A stretch of 64,000 nt of DNA, from IMG/VR virus record IMGVR_UViG_3300035501_000471, one strand, 5' to 3'. Both the position numbers and the translations under genes were made by a program. This document shows positions 10,952 through 19,562 of this stretch, piece after piece; position 1 is the stretch's first letter, and every line of letters begins with the position of its first letter. Source of the stretch: a virus. Lineage: Duplodnaviria; Caudoviricetes. Under the pieces are notes generated by a model. It saw only the letters and a program-made list of their open reading frames with translations, ran no database searches and was not told where the DNA came from.

Positions 10952-10963
10952 ATTATTTAATCT

Positions 10964-10984
10964 TATTTATATACGTTATTTATG
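10964..10984 (-). promoter_or_regulatory. Late promoters (TATAAATA and CATAAATA) of the tail sheath gene; representative of about 19 sites
   Basis: T4 late-promoter-like octamer just upstream of structural genes; other sites are listed in findings. Confidence 0.75.
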
Positions 10985-11037
10985 AAAAAAAAGGTGTTGA
11001 AAAATTTATCAGCACCTTCTCAATTTCTTTACATTAA

Positions 11038-11631
11038 TTAGTTGTAAATGGGAAGTCCTACTGTTTCTTCATCCCAGACATCACACATAAATGTAATACT
11101 CAACTCGCTCGCTGCATTTGGGTCATCATAACTCTTATCACCCAAACCTGTCATTTGTCCAGTTGGGAATACCTGTGAACAAGTAATCTTTCGCCAAATA
11201 GAACCATCTCTATTATATTCTACAATTATCATCTGTCCGGTGTAACCTGCCTTTAATCCCATACCACCTGTCGCGGGGTTGTAAATTAAGTTATTCCACT
11301 TTCTAAGAGTAGTATAAATGTAGTTCTCATTATAATTATTCAAGTTCAAGGAGAATGTAATACCAAGTTCCAAGTGTGTACTGTCCGGACCACCAGCATA
11401 GTGACGTTCAGCTTGTTTAAATTTTTGAGTAGCTACACCGATTGAGGGATTTAAACCATCCAAACCACTGATAGATCTAACGTGTTCAAGTAGTAGAGTT
11501 GTTTCACCATCAATTTTAGTAACACCATCTTCATAATTAGGAGGTAAAATTGTAACCTCAAACAATGAAGGATTTACAACTTCATATTGATTTACTGAAG
11601 GTATGGAATTTTTGAAATGACTTAAACTCAT
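11038..11631 (-). CDS. Tail tube protein (T4 gp19-like); start reassigned to MSLSHF
   Basis: Directly upstream of the sheath gene; NPSLFEV, YNRDG and ITFMCDVW motifs. The late promoter at 11658-11665 lies inside the longer 11682 call. Confidence 0.8.
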   Translation of the reverse strand: MSLSHFKNSIPSVNQYEVVNPSLFEVTILPPNYEDGVTKIDGETTLLLEHVRSISGLDGLNPSIGVATQKFKQAERHYAGGPDSTHLELGITFSLNLNNYNENYIYTTLRKWNNLIYNPATGGMGLKAGYTGQMIIVEYNRDGSIWRKITCSQVFPTGQMTGLGDKSYDDPNAASELSITFMCDVWDEETVGLPIYN

Positions 11632-11778
11632 TTTTTCAAATTTTATTATATTTAATGTATTTATGGATTTTTTTATTTCCAAATTGTCTTAATCTATTTA
11701 TGAAAAATCTCATAAATAAATTATGAGATTGAAGTGTGTGTCATTTTGACCACCCAATAATCAATATAAAAATTCTTT

Positions 11779-12507
11779 ATGGCTAAGAAAAAAGTTAAAG
11801 AAGTCAAGCAAGAAGCAGAGATTGTGATTGATAAGGATCCAATAACTCTCCTACCATTGCAATATCGCAATGAAAAACAAAGAATCCTCAGAGATGTAAT
11901 TAAGAACCATGACATTACAATAGTAGATGGATGTGCTGGAACAGGTAAAACATTCATTTCCATATATGAGGGATTATATAAATTACTATGTCGAAAATAT
12001 GATAAATTAATTTTGTGTAAGTCTGTCACAACAACACCGGGAGAGGACATTGGTTATATACCCGGAACAGTTGAAGAAAAAATGACACCTTATATTTTAT
12101 CATTTAAGGGTAACATGGAAAAGGTGTTTGAGAAAGAAGAACACGTAAAACGACTTTTTGACAATAAAATGATTGAAGTTTTACCTTTGGCTTACATTAG
12201 AGGTGTTACATTGGATAATTCATTTATTGTGATTGATGAAGTTCAAAATATTAGTATGGATTTATTCAAGTCAATCATCACGAGAATTGGAGATAATTCA
12301 AAAATGGTGTTTTTAGGTGATATTGAACAATGTGACTTTAATAGTGATAAGAGAAAAAAACAAAGTGCATTACAACATATCATAGAGATTTTTAAGGATG
12401 ATGAAGATGTGGGTTGTGTCCATTTTGAAGATGATGAATGTGTGAGAAACCCCATTATTCCTAAAGTATTGAATAAACTGAGAGAATTTGAGAAAACAAA
12501 AAATTAA
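11779..12507 (+). CDS. phoH: PhoH-family ATPase
   Basis: GCAGTGKT, IGYIPG, PLAYIRG, IDEVQN, GDIEQCD, VRNP. Confidence 0.93.
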   Translation: MAKKKVKEVKQEAEIVIDKDPITLLPLQYRNEKQRILRDVIKNHDITIVDGCAGTGKTFISIYEGLYKLLCRKYDKLILCKSVTTTPGEDIGYIPGTVEEKMTPYILSFKGNMEKVFEKEEHVKRLFDNKMIEVLPLAYIRGVTLDNSFIVIDEVQNISMDLFKSIITRIGDNSKMVFLGDIEQCDFNSDKRKKQSALQHIIEIFKDDEDVGCVHFEDDECVRNPIIPKVLNKLREFEKTKN

Positions 12508-12510
12508 TAT

Positions 12511-13089
12511 ATGGGGAAATTTAAGATTGCGTCACATGATACAATGAGTTATCTAAAACCATTAAATTGGTATTATAAACCTTTTCATTTTGTCGCCAAG
12601 TGTCAGTCAAAGACAATTCAACAACAATACAATGATTATGGGATTAGATTATTTGACTTACGAATTAAATGGTATGATAAAGGTAACTGTTGGAAATTTG
12701 CTCATGGAAGTATGTTCTTTGACGGTGATGTAGATGAGGTTATCAGTTGGTTAAATGAACAAGGTGATTGTATGGTTAGATTGATTTTAGAATACAACAA
12801 GGCACCTAAAAACGAAACTGAAATCAAAAATAAATTTACAGAAACTGTTGAAGAATATATCAAGAAATATGATAAGATTGTATTTTTTGAATTTACCGCT
12901 AAGTGGAGTTGGGAGAGATTATATCAACCAACTGTATTTCCAGATATGTGGCAAGGAACATCTTCAATGACGTGGAAGATATGGGATGACTGGTATCCTT
13001 ACTTATATGCAAAAACATTTAACAAGGAAAATATTAATCAGGGTACATCTCATGAATATATGTTATTAGATTTTGTTGAGATACAATAA
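12511..13089 (+). CDS. PI-PLC-X-like phosphodiesterase
   Basis: ASHDTMSY, KCQSKTIQQQ, GIRLFDLRI and FAHG catalytic-His motifs. Confidence 0.7.
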   Translation: MGKFKIASHDTMSYLKPLNWYYKPFHFVAKCQSKTIQQQYNDYGIRLFDLRIKWYDKGNCWKFAHGSMFFDGDVDEVISWLNEQGDCMVRLILEYNKAPKNETEIKNKFTETVEEYIKKYDKIVFFEFTAKWSWERLYQPTVFPDMWQGTSSMTWKIWDDWYPYLYAKTFNKENINQGTSHEYMLLDFVEIQ

Positions 13090-13093
13090 AAAT

Positions 13094-13126
13094 AAAGGAG
13101 AGGATTTTTAAGTTCCTCTCCTTTTT
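13094..13126. terminator. Bidirectional intrinsic terminator between convergent genes
   Basis: AAAGGAGAGGA / TCCTCTCCTTT hairpin. Confidence 0.75.
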
Positions 13127-13129
13127 AAT

Positions 13130-14854
13130 TTATTTCTTTATATATTCTGAAAATGTCATCACTCGAAATGATTCACTCACATTATTATCTAAAATTTCTG
13201 GAATATTCTTCTGTCCATTTTTATTTGCTGAGTGAACAAAATACTTAGGGATAGGTAAATCATTTTCTTTACAATATTTAACCAACCACTTAGCACAGTC
13301 TTCACCATCTGGGTAGTCATTACCTTTTTCAATTCCATTACCTTTCTTCAAATCTCTATCAAATGAAATAAATTCAGGTAGTCCATTAGTTTCAATATAA
13401 TCTCTGAACTCATCTAAATTTTTAACCCATTTGAATTTTATATTTTTATATTTAGTATGGAGGTCATCATAGAATTTTTTGTTTCGTTGATATGCTCCAC
13501 TTTTACTTTCTTTACTCAAATATACTTCTGGGTTTCTTTCATCATCGAGCCATAGAATTTTCAAAGAATCATCATCGGTTAAGTCAGTTGTTTCCTTGTC
13601 TATTTTATCTATAGTTTTTTCAACAGTTGTAACTTCTACCTTTTCCGGTTCTGGATTTTTTAGTTCTTCTTTCTTATTTACTTTTTTTGGTTTCAGTTCA
13701 TCTTTAAGTGATTCGTGATGACCATAAACAGTTTTGGGAATAACCGCTAATGTAATAGGAAGAATTGATTTTACTCCATATTTTTGAAGTTCCAAGCAAA
13801 TGTCATCAAGGGTAGCTCCTGAAGAAATATTATCATCAAAAATTACAACATTCTTACCTTTGAGTTTTTGTTGGATACCATTTAAGTTAGGATTTATTTC
13901 AAACAAACCCTCAATAGAACGTCTTTTACTATCTTCCAATGACTTTATTTCAAAATTCTTAGCACGACCATCAGAACCTATTGTTTTATCTTTACCTCTA
14001 CGACCTTTTCTCAAAATCTTAGCTTGGTCTTGAAGATTTGCTAATAGTTCCTCTTTTTGTTTGAACTCTCTTGTAGGTCTTCCTTGTTTTCGATTAGCCT
14101 TTGTGTATAGAATTTCATCTTTCAAGTCATCAATCTTCAATCGTAGTTCGTACAAATCAGCATCTTTTTTCCAATGTTCAATATCTTGTTGTAGTTGGTA
14201 AATGTCCTTATCAGTCAATCCAACTTCATGAGCTTGTTCATAATTGATATATACCTTACGAATGTTTTTCGTCATTAGGTCAGGGATACATTTAATACCC
14301 GGTGAATCTTTATAACCTCTTAATATATATCCAACCATTTCTTTATTAAATGCTGATGAACTTTGAGGATATGTAATAATGTCAATAGGATTTTTCTTCA
14401 ATAGTTGACGAATATATAATGATGTACGTTTCATAAATTTGTCAATACTATCAAAATCAATATTACGATTTTCAAGTTCAGAATATTTGGTGGGGTGTTT
14501 TAGGGCCTTGGAAGCTCTCATGTCAGACAGTCTATAAAGATTGTATGATGTGACTCCACTTTTCTTTAATGGTACTTCAACAAAATCTAACTTTTTGGTT
14601 TCTGGATTAAAAATTCTGGTTGATGTTGAATCTGTATCATTTTTACCGGGCACGAACTTAAATGTTCTATCACCAGATTTTGAACCATGTGAAAAACCTT
14701 CTTCAAGTTCATCATCAACACACAACTCATCATAACCCATTTCATGTTCAGCATCCATTAACATTTGGATAAAATCAATGGTAGATATTCGATTATCTTC
14801 AAATTTCATATCTTTATCTTGACCTAATTGGAAATCTTCAAAAGATTTAATCAT
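13130..14854 (-). CDS. Phosphoribosyltransferase-domain protein fused to a cyclic-phosphate-processing receiver-like domain
   Basis: PRPP-binding loop VVIFDDNISSGATL; C-terminal ILWLDDER...ISFDRDL...DGEDCAKWL...VHSAN. Confidence 0.7.
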   Translation of the reverse strand: MIKSFEDFQLGQDKDMKFEDNRISTIDFIQMLMDAEHEMGYDELCVDDELEEGFSHGSKSGDRTFKFVPGKNDTDSTSTRIFNPETKKLDFVEVPLKKSGVTSYNLYRLSDMRASKALKHPTKYSELENRNIDFDSIDKFMKRTSLYIRQLLKKNPIDIITYPQSSSAFNKEMVGYILRGYKDSPGIKCIPDLMTKNIRKVYINYEQAHEVGLTDKDIYQLQQDIEHWKKDADLYELRLKIDDLKDEILYTKANRKQGRPTREFKQKEELLANLQDQAKILRKGRRGKDKTIGSDGRAKNFEIKSLEDSKRRSIEGLFEINPNLNGIQQKLKGKNVVIFDDNISSGATLDDICLELQKYGVKSILPITLAVIPKTVYGHHESLKDELKPKKVNKKEELKNPEPEKVEVTTVEKTIDKIDKETTDLTDDDSLKILWLDDERNPEVYLSKESKSGAYQRNKKFYDDLHTKYKNIKFKWVKNLDEFRDYIETNGLPEFISFDRDLKKGNGIEKGNDYPDGEDCAKWLVKYCKENDLPIPKYFVHSANKNGQKNIPEILDNNVSESFRVMTFSEYIKK

Positions 14855-14897
14855 TTTATAAAGTTGATTATTTAGTTTATAGTTTATTTATGTTGTT

Positions 14898-15668
14898 TTA
14901 CCACAGGTTGTTAGTTTCTTTGAGGTAAAACTCTTTCTTAACTCGTTCGACTGAAATGTCATAGTAGTTTTTACTTATTTCAGTTCCTATGTATTTTCTG
15001 TCTAATCGTTCACAAACAGTACAAGTTGTTCCTACTCCTGAAAATGGATCATAAACGACATCATTTTTGAATGTGAATAGTTTTAATATTCTTTCAACTA
15101 ATTCTTCAGGAAACATAGCAGGATGACCAAACTCTTTCATCCTTCTTTCAGGTGATATATTCCACTTAGCGGTTGTCCATTTCTTAAACTCATCAGGAAC
15201 TATACTTATGTTTTCTTTATCACCAATATGTTTAGGATTATTTTTGAAGAAATACTCGATATATTCCCATGTACTTTTTAGATATGGTTTTGACGGACTA
15301 CACCAACTACCCCAAGCAGTAACAGGACAATTATAATTATTTTTTTCCCATATTATTTCACTCCCCCAAGTAAGACCACACTTAGTTAAAATGTTAGATA
15401 CTATATGATGTGTTGGATAATTCACTGTAAATATTGGTTGAACATTCACAAAAATTCGACCATCATCTTTCAAAATCCGGGCACATTCTTCAAATACTTT
15501 AGTCAACCATTCTTCATATTGGACTGGATTAAATGTGTCATCAAAACTATCATACTCCTTTTCAAACATATATGGTGGACTGGTAATAATACAATCTACA
15601 AAATTATCAGGTAGAGTTTTCATAAATTCCAAACAGTCCTCATTATATATTTTATTCAACTCTACCAT
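14898..15668 (-). CDS. DNA amino-methyltransferase, beta class (probably N4-C)
   Basis: TSPPY motif IV, HPAMFP, DPFSGVGTT motif I. Confidence 0.9.
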   Translation of the reverse strand: MVELNKIYNEDCLEFMKTLPDNFVDCIITSPPYMFEKEYDSFDDTFNPVQYEEWLTKVFEECARILKDDGRIFVNVQPIFTVNYPTHHIVSNILTKCGLTWGSEIIWEKNNYNCPVTAWGSWCSPSKPYLKSTWEYIEYFFKNNPKHIGDKENISIVPDEFKKWTTAKWNISPERRMKEFGHPAMFPEELVERILKLFTFKNDVVYDPFSGVGTTCTVCERLDRKYIGTEISKNYYDISVERVKKEFYLKETNNLW

Positions 15669-16444
15669 AATTGATTTCCTTTATCATGTAGAAGAACCTC
15701 TATTCTTTTGTTAGCCAAGTTAAAGTATTCTTCTGTTATTTCAAATCCTATAAATTGTCTATTTGTGTTAATACAAGCTACCGCAGTTGTTCCACTTCCC
15801 ATACAGTTATCTAAGACTACTTCATTTTCATTTGTATAGGTCTTAACCAACCATTCAATTAATTCAACAGGTTTTTGTGTAGGGTGTTCTTCTCCATTAC
15901 ATAGGTGTTCTTTTTTGATTTTGACAACTGAACGAGGGAACTTATATTCACTTATTATAGGATTAATTACTCTGTCAAAATTACCATAACATTGATTTTT
16001 ATCTGTGTGTTCACCATTACCTATTGGATGATTCTTTCTATCAGGGGCATATTCCATTTGAGGATTATATGTACCAAGTTTTTTATAGAATACCATAATG
16101 TCCTCATGACTTCTCATAGGCATCCGTTTAGCATTTAAGAACCCCGTAGGTCTATCCTTTTCCCAGATTAAATTATATCTCCACAATGATGGGTTAGATG
16201 TCATTAAATTGGCTGAGAACATCCCCTGACCAAATAACACAATGACACCCTTATCTTTAATTATCCTTTCATATTGTTCCCATAATTGGTCAAAAGGTAT
16301 AACTGAATCCCACTTGGCGGATTTATTTCCTTTATTTAAGACACCATAAGGTAAATCACAACAAATCATATCAATGGACTTATCAGGTATTTTTGACATT
16401 CCAATGATACAATCTTCATTATATATTTTATTTAACTCTACCAT
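15662..16444 (-). CDS. DNA N6-adenine methyltransferase, beta class
   Basis: CDLPY, HPTQKP, DNCMGSGTT. Confidence 0.9.
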   Translation of the reverse strand: MVELNKIYNEDCIIGMSKIPDKSIDMICCDLPYGVLNKGNKSAKWDSVIPFDQLWEQYERIIKDKGVIVLFGQGMFSANLMTSNPSLWRYNLIWEKDRPTGFLNAKRMPMRSHEDIMVFYKKLGTYNPQMEYAPDRKNHPIGNGEHTDKNQCYGNFDRVINPIISEYKFPRSVVKIKKEHLCNGEEHPTQKPVELIEWLVKTYTNENEVVLDNCMGSGTTAVACINTNRQFIGFEITEEYFNLANKRIEVLLHDKGNQLW

Positions 16445-17319
16445 AAATTTGTTTCTTCATCATAACTTAAATAGAGGGATTCATAAACCATTGCATTTGA
16501 ATCCTTACCTATTGTCCTTTTGAAAGATGAATTACCAGATTTGATATATAAGTGATGATTATAACATTCAGTTGGAACATTACAAGTATTATCCACGTTA
16601 CCTGATTTTCCATCAAAAGACATAATGAACTTTATGTTATTTTGTTTTAATTTACTTAGTTCAGAAAAAAATTTGTCAAAGTCCAATCCACCAAAATACA
16701 TTCCCTTTGTGTTAAAATAAGGAGGATCCAGATATAGGAAATCATTTATCTTAGCCTGTGAAAATATATCTTCATATGAACAATGTCTGAACTCAATATC
16801 AACTTTATTTAACTTCTCAGACCATTCTTGTAAAATTGGTTGGAGATTATCAGGTGTTATGCCGTTTCTTGTTAAATGAAAAGAGTTATTAAATTCACCA
16901 TTTTTATTATATCTGGGCATACCATTAGTAGTTGTCCTCATAATAAAAAAGAAAATAAATGGATTGTGAGTTTTATTATATTCATCACGTTTCTGTTCAA
17001 AATATTTTCTTTTTATATCAACATCAGAAGTGGAATTTAGTTCAGTCCACATCTTTTTATATTGAGACATTATTTCATCCGGACAATTTTTTATTTTGTT
17101 CCATAGTGAAATCAAGTCACCATTTAAGTCAGAACAGACAATCTTTTTTACTGATATATCACTGTCTAACAACATTCTCATCATTGAACAACCACCACAA
17201 AATGGTTCATAATAAGTATCAATTTGTTGAGGAAAATATTGTATAATTTCCTTGGCTTGACTTCGTTTACTACCAGACCACTTTATGATTGGTTGAAATT
17301 TACCACAGACTTTGTTCAT
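16438..17319 (-). CDS. Dam-like (D12 class) DNA adenine methyltransferase
   Basis: KWSGSK, YEPFCGG, YLDPPY. Confidence 0.9.
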   Translation of the reverse strand: MNKVCGKFQPIIKWSGSKRSQAKEIIQYFPQQIDTYYEPFCGGCSMMRMLLDSDISVKKIVCSDLNGDLISLWNKIKNCPDEIMSQYKKMWTELNSTSDVDIKRKYFEQKRDEYNKTHNPFIFFFIMRTTTNGMPRYNKNGEFNNSFHLTRNGITPDNLQPILQEWSEKLNKVDIEFRHCSYEDIFSQAKINDFLYLDPPYFNTKGMYFGGLDFDKFFSELSKLKQNNIKFIMSFDGKSGNVDNTCNVPTECYNHHLYIKSGNSSFKRTIGKDSNAMVYESLYLSYDEETNLW

Positions 17320-18148
17320 CTTTATGGTTTTTTAATGTTAGACCTTTGATATTTTCATAAAGATATTTGTATAACTTCATGACTGATATTTTCTTACTTG
17401 AAATTGAATTAGCATAGTTTCTTATTACATCAAAATCAAGTAATTTCAACATCTCTGATTTAATTCTTTCATCAGTACAATAGAAATAAACTTCCTGTGC
17501 AAACTCACCTATATGGGATGGTCTTTTTCCTAAACAACCATTTCCCCAATTACACATAGAATAACAAAAATCAGGTGAAATATCTTTGTTTTTACCTGTC
17601 ATATAATCACCATTCTTTCTACGATGTTCAATGATAGTTATTTCATTTAATTCATAGTTGGGTTTACTATTTAACTTACCTGATTTTGGTCGACGATAAA
17701 TGTTAAAACAACAATGTAAATCTCTATCTGTATAATGAGCTAATCCTAAATCCTCACTATAAATCAAATCAAATTTATATAACTTAATATCATTGTTGTA
17801 ACATGAAATTGGTAAAATGAAAGCAACATAATCACCTTCTTCCACACATTTGTTATAGAAATCTTGTATCAATTTATTGTGGACACCAAAAGGAGGATTA
17901 CCAATGAATAATCGACCTTTCTTATATGTTAAATTTAGTTTGAGAAAATCAGCTTGTATTATGTTTTCAGATTCAGGAACAATGTCATAAGCGATGCATC
18001 CTTCTATTTGATTAGAGAAAGAACCATCACCAGCACTTGGTTCGATTACTTCTGTTATGTTGTCTTTACCTATAATGTCAAAGGTTTTTTTAATTAACCT
18101 TTTAGATAGGTCAACAGAAGTATAGTATTTGTCATTATTAATCTTCAT
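17300..18148 (-). CDS. DNA N6-adenine methyltransferase, gamma class
   Basis: DKYYT, IEPSAGDGSF, IGNPPFG, FILP. Confidence 0.87.
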   Translation of the reverse strand: MKINNDKYYTSVDLSKRLIKKTFDIIGKDNITEVIEPSAGDGSFSNQIEGCIAYDIVPESENIIQADFLKLNLTYKKGRLFIGNPPFGVHNKLIQDFYNKCVEEGDYVAFILPISCYNNDIKLYKFDLIYSEDLGLAHYTDRDLHCCFNIYRRPKSGKLNSKPNYELNEITIIEHRRKNGDYMTGKNKDISPDFCYSMCNWGNGCLGKRPSHIGEFAQEVYFYCTDERIKSEMLKLLDFDVIRNYANSISSKKISVMKLYKYLYENIKGLTLKNHKDEQSLW

Positions 18149-18488
18149 CCTTTATTAGTAAATTTTTCAACTTCTCATTAAACAAAGCGTCAGCACCTTT
18201 TTCTTTATATATATCAATAAGTTTCTTTCGGGTTTCTTTATATGACTTTTTCCATTCCTCTGATGCTTTGATTTTCTTTTGAAGTCTCAATTTTTTTTCC
18301 AATCGCCTCAAGTAATCAACAGCACTTCCTTCTTTTTTTCCTTCGATATTTCTAACTCGATTAAGTACATCTAAAACAGCGTGTGTTATACCCTGTTCTG
18401 ATGTTTTATATTCATCATCAATCTCCACACCATCTTCTAATGGTTCAGAGATTACATTAGTGCTGTTAATTAATTTATCTAATTTCAT
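18138..18488 (-). CDS. Chimeric mini-protein built from pieces of 20781..22766 and 22769..24679
   Basis: First half is near-identical to the N-terminus of the vWA protein; second half is near-identical to the C-terminus of the metallopeptidase. Confidence 0.7.
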   Translation of the reverse strand: MKLDKLINSTNVISEPLEDGVEIDDEYKTSEQGITHAVLDVLNRVRNIEGKKEGSAVDYLRRLEKKLRLQKKIKASEEWKKSYKETRKKLIDIYKEKGADALFNEKLKNLLIKDED

Positions 18489-18640
18489 AACTTAAAAATA
18501 ACAAAAGGCTGATGAAAACCTCACCAACCTTTAATACATTATATAAATTTAACTATATCAAATTCCAAAAATTATCATCAACAAATTTTTGAAACTCACT
18601 ATCTAATGGTTTCATATCTTTTAATATTGTTGAGATGAAA

Positions 18641-19528
18641 TCAGACAAAATCCTCTGGTCTGACTCCATACATTTCATAGTAATCTGCAACTCCACATTC
18701 GAGGTCATCTTCACTATATGTAGTTTTTATATCTTTGAAATCAAGTCCAATTTCTTCATCGGTAACTTCACCATACATTTCAAGGTCATCATTATCACAA
18801 TATATAGTTAATTTACTAAATCGAATTTCACCATCACACCAATATTCACCATAACTTCTACGTGAACCAGAAGTCCACACATCATATTCTGAATTTATAA
18901 GACAATTACCTACTGATAATTCTATTTCATCTTCAAATTCAGTCGTTTCATCCATATCCTCACGATATTCAAAATCAAAATTTAGATGATTTTCAATAAT
19001 ATTATAAAGTTCTTGAATATCATCTTCTGTCAATGTCTTTTTCATCCACTCTACAAAACGACGATGTTCAATAACATCTCTTTTTTCTTGATGTTTTTTA
19101 TGGATATCATCATAGTTATGGATTTCCTTATTAGATTTTCCTCTATATCTATCCATATGGTGGTCTTTATCTTGACCGATATGACGTTTATTCCTTTTTT
19201 GTATCAGTTTTTTTACTTCTTCACCATTATCTTTCCACCAAACAGAGAAGATTTCCATATTACCTATAACAACACGATAACCATCTTGTAAGTCTATACA
19301 AAATGTTGCAGGATTTTTGTCATCACCATTATCATACTTTTCACAATACTCATGGAAATCTTTAACAACATCTATAATATCATCATCATGAATATCATAC
19401 AAAAGAGGTTTATCCCACTCATATTTTGGTAAACCATGTTGTTTTATAATGGCTCTCAATTTTCCACTTTGAAAACCTTCATTTAGTGAATTTAGTTTTA
19501 AAAAATCAGAAAAACTTAAAACGTTCAT
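18641..19528 (-). CDS. Hypothetical protein, probable internal head protein
   Basis: Late promoter at 19550-19557; MNVLSFSDFL...LNE|G leader. Confidence 0.6.
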   Translation of the reverse strand: MNVLSFSDFLKLNSLNEGFQSGKLRAIIKQHGLPKYEWDKPLLYDIHDDDIIDVVKDFHEYCEKYDNGDDKNPATFCIDLQDGYRVVIGNMEIFSVWWKDNGEEVKKLIQKRNKRHIGQDKDHHMDRYRGKSNKEIHNYDDIHKKHQEKRDVIEHRRFVEWMKKTLTEDDIQELYNIIENHLNFDFEYREDMDETTEFEDEIELSVGNCLINSEYDVWTSGSRRSYGEYWCDGEIRFSKLTIYCDNDDLEMYGEVTDEEIGLDFKDIKTTYSEDDLECGVADYYEMYGVRPEDFV

Positions 19529-19562
19529 TTCAATAAGTTTATTTTACCATATTTATGAAAAT

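Noticed and set aside
15662-16444. LW-stop as a mere by-product of ATGGTAG start/stop overlap
   Set aside because: This explains only two cases; the other five LW ends use TGG TAA with different Leu codons and no ATG overlapping those codons.
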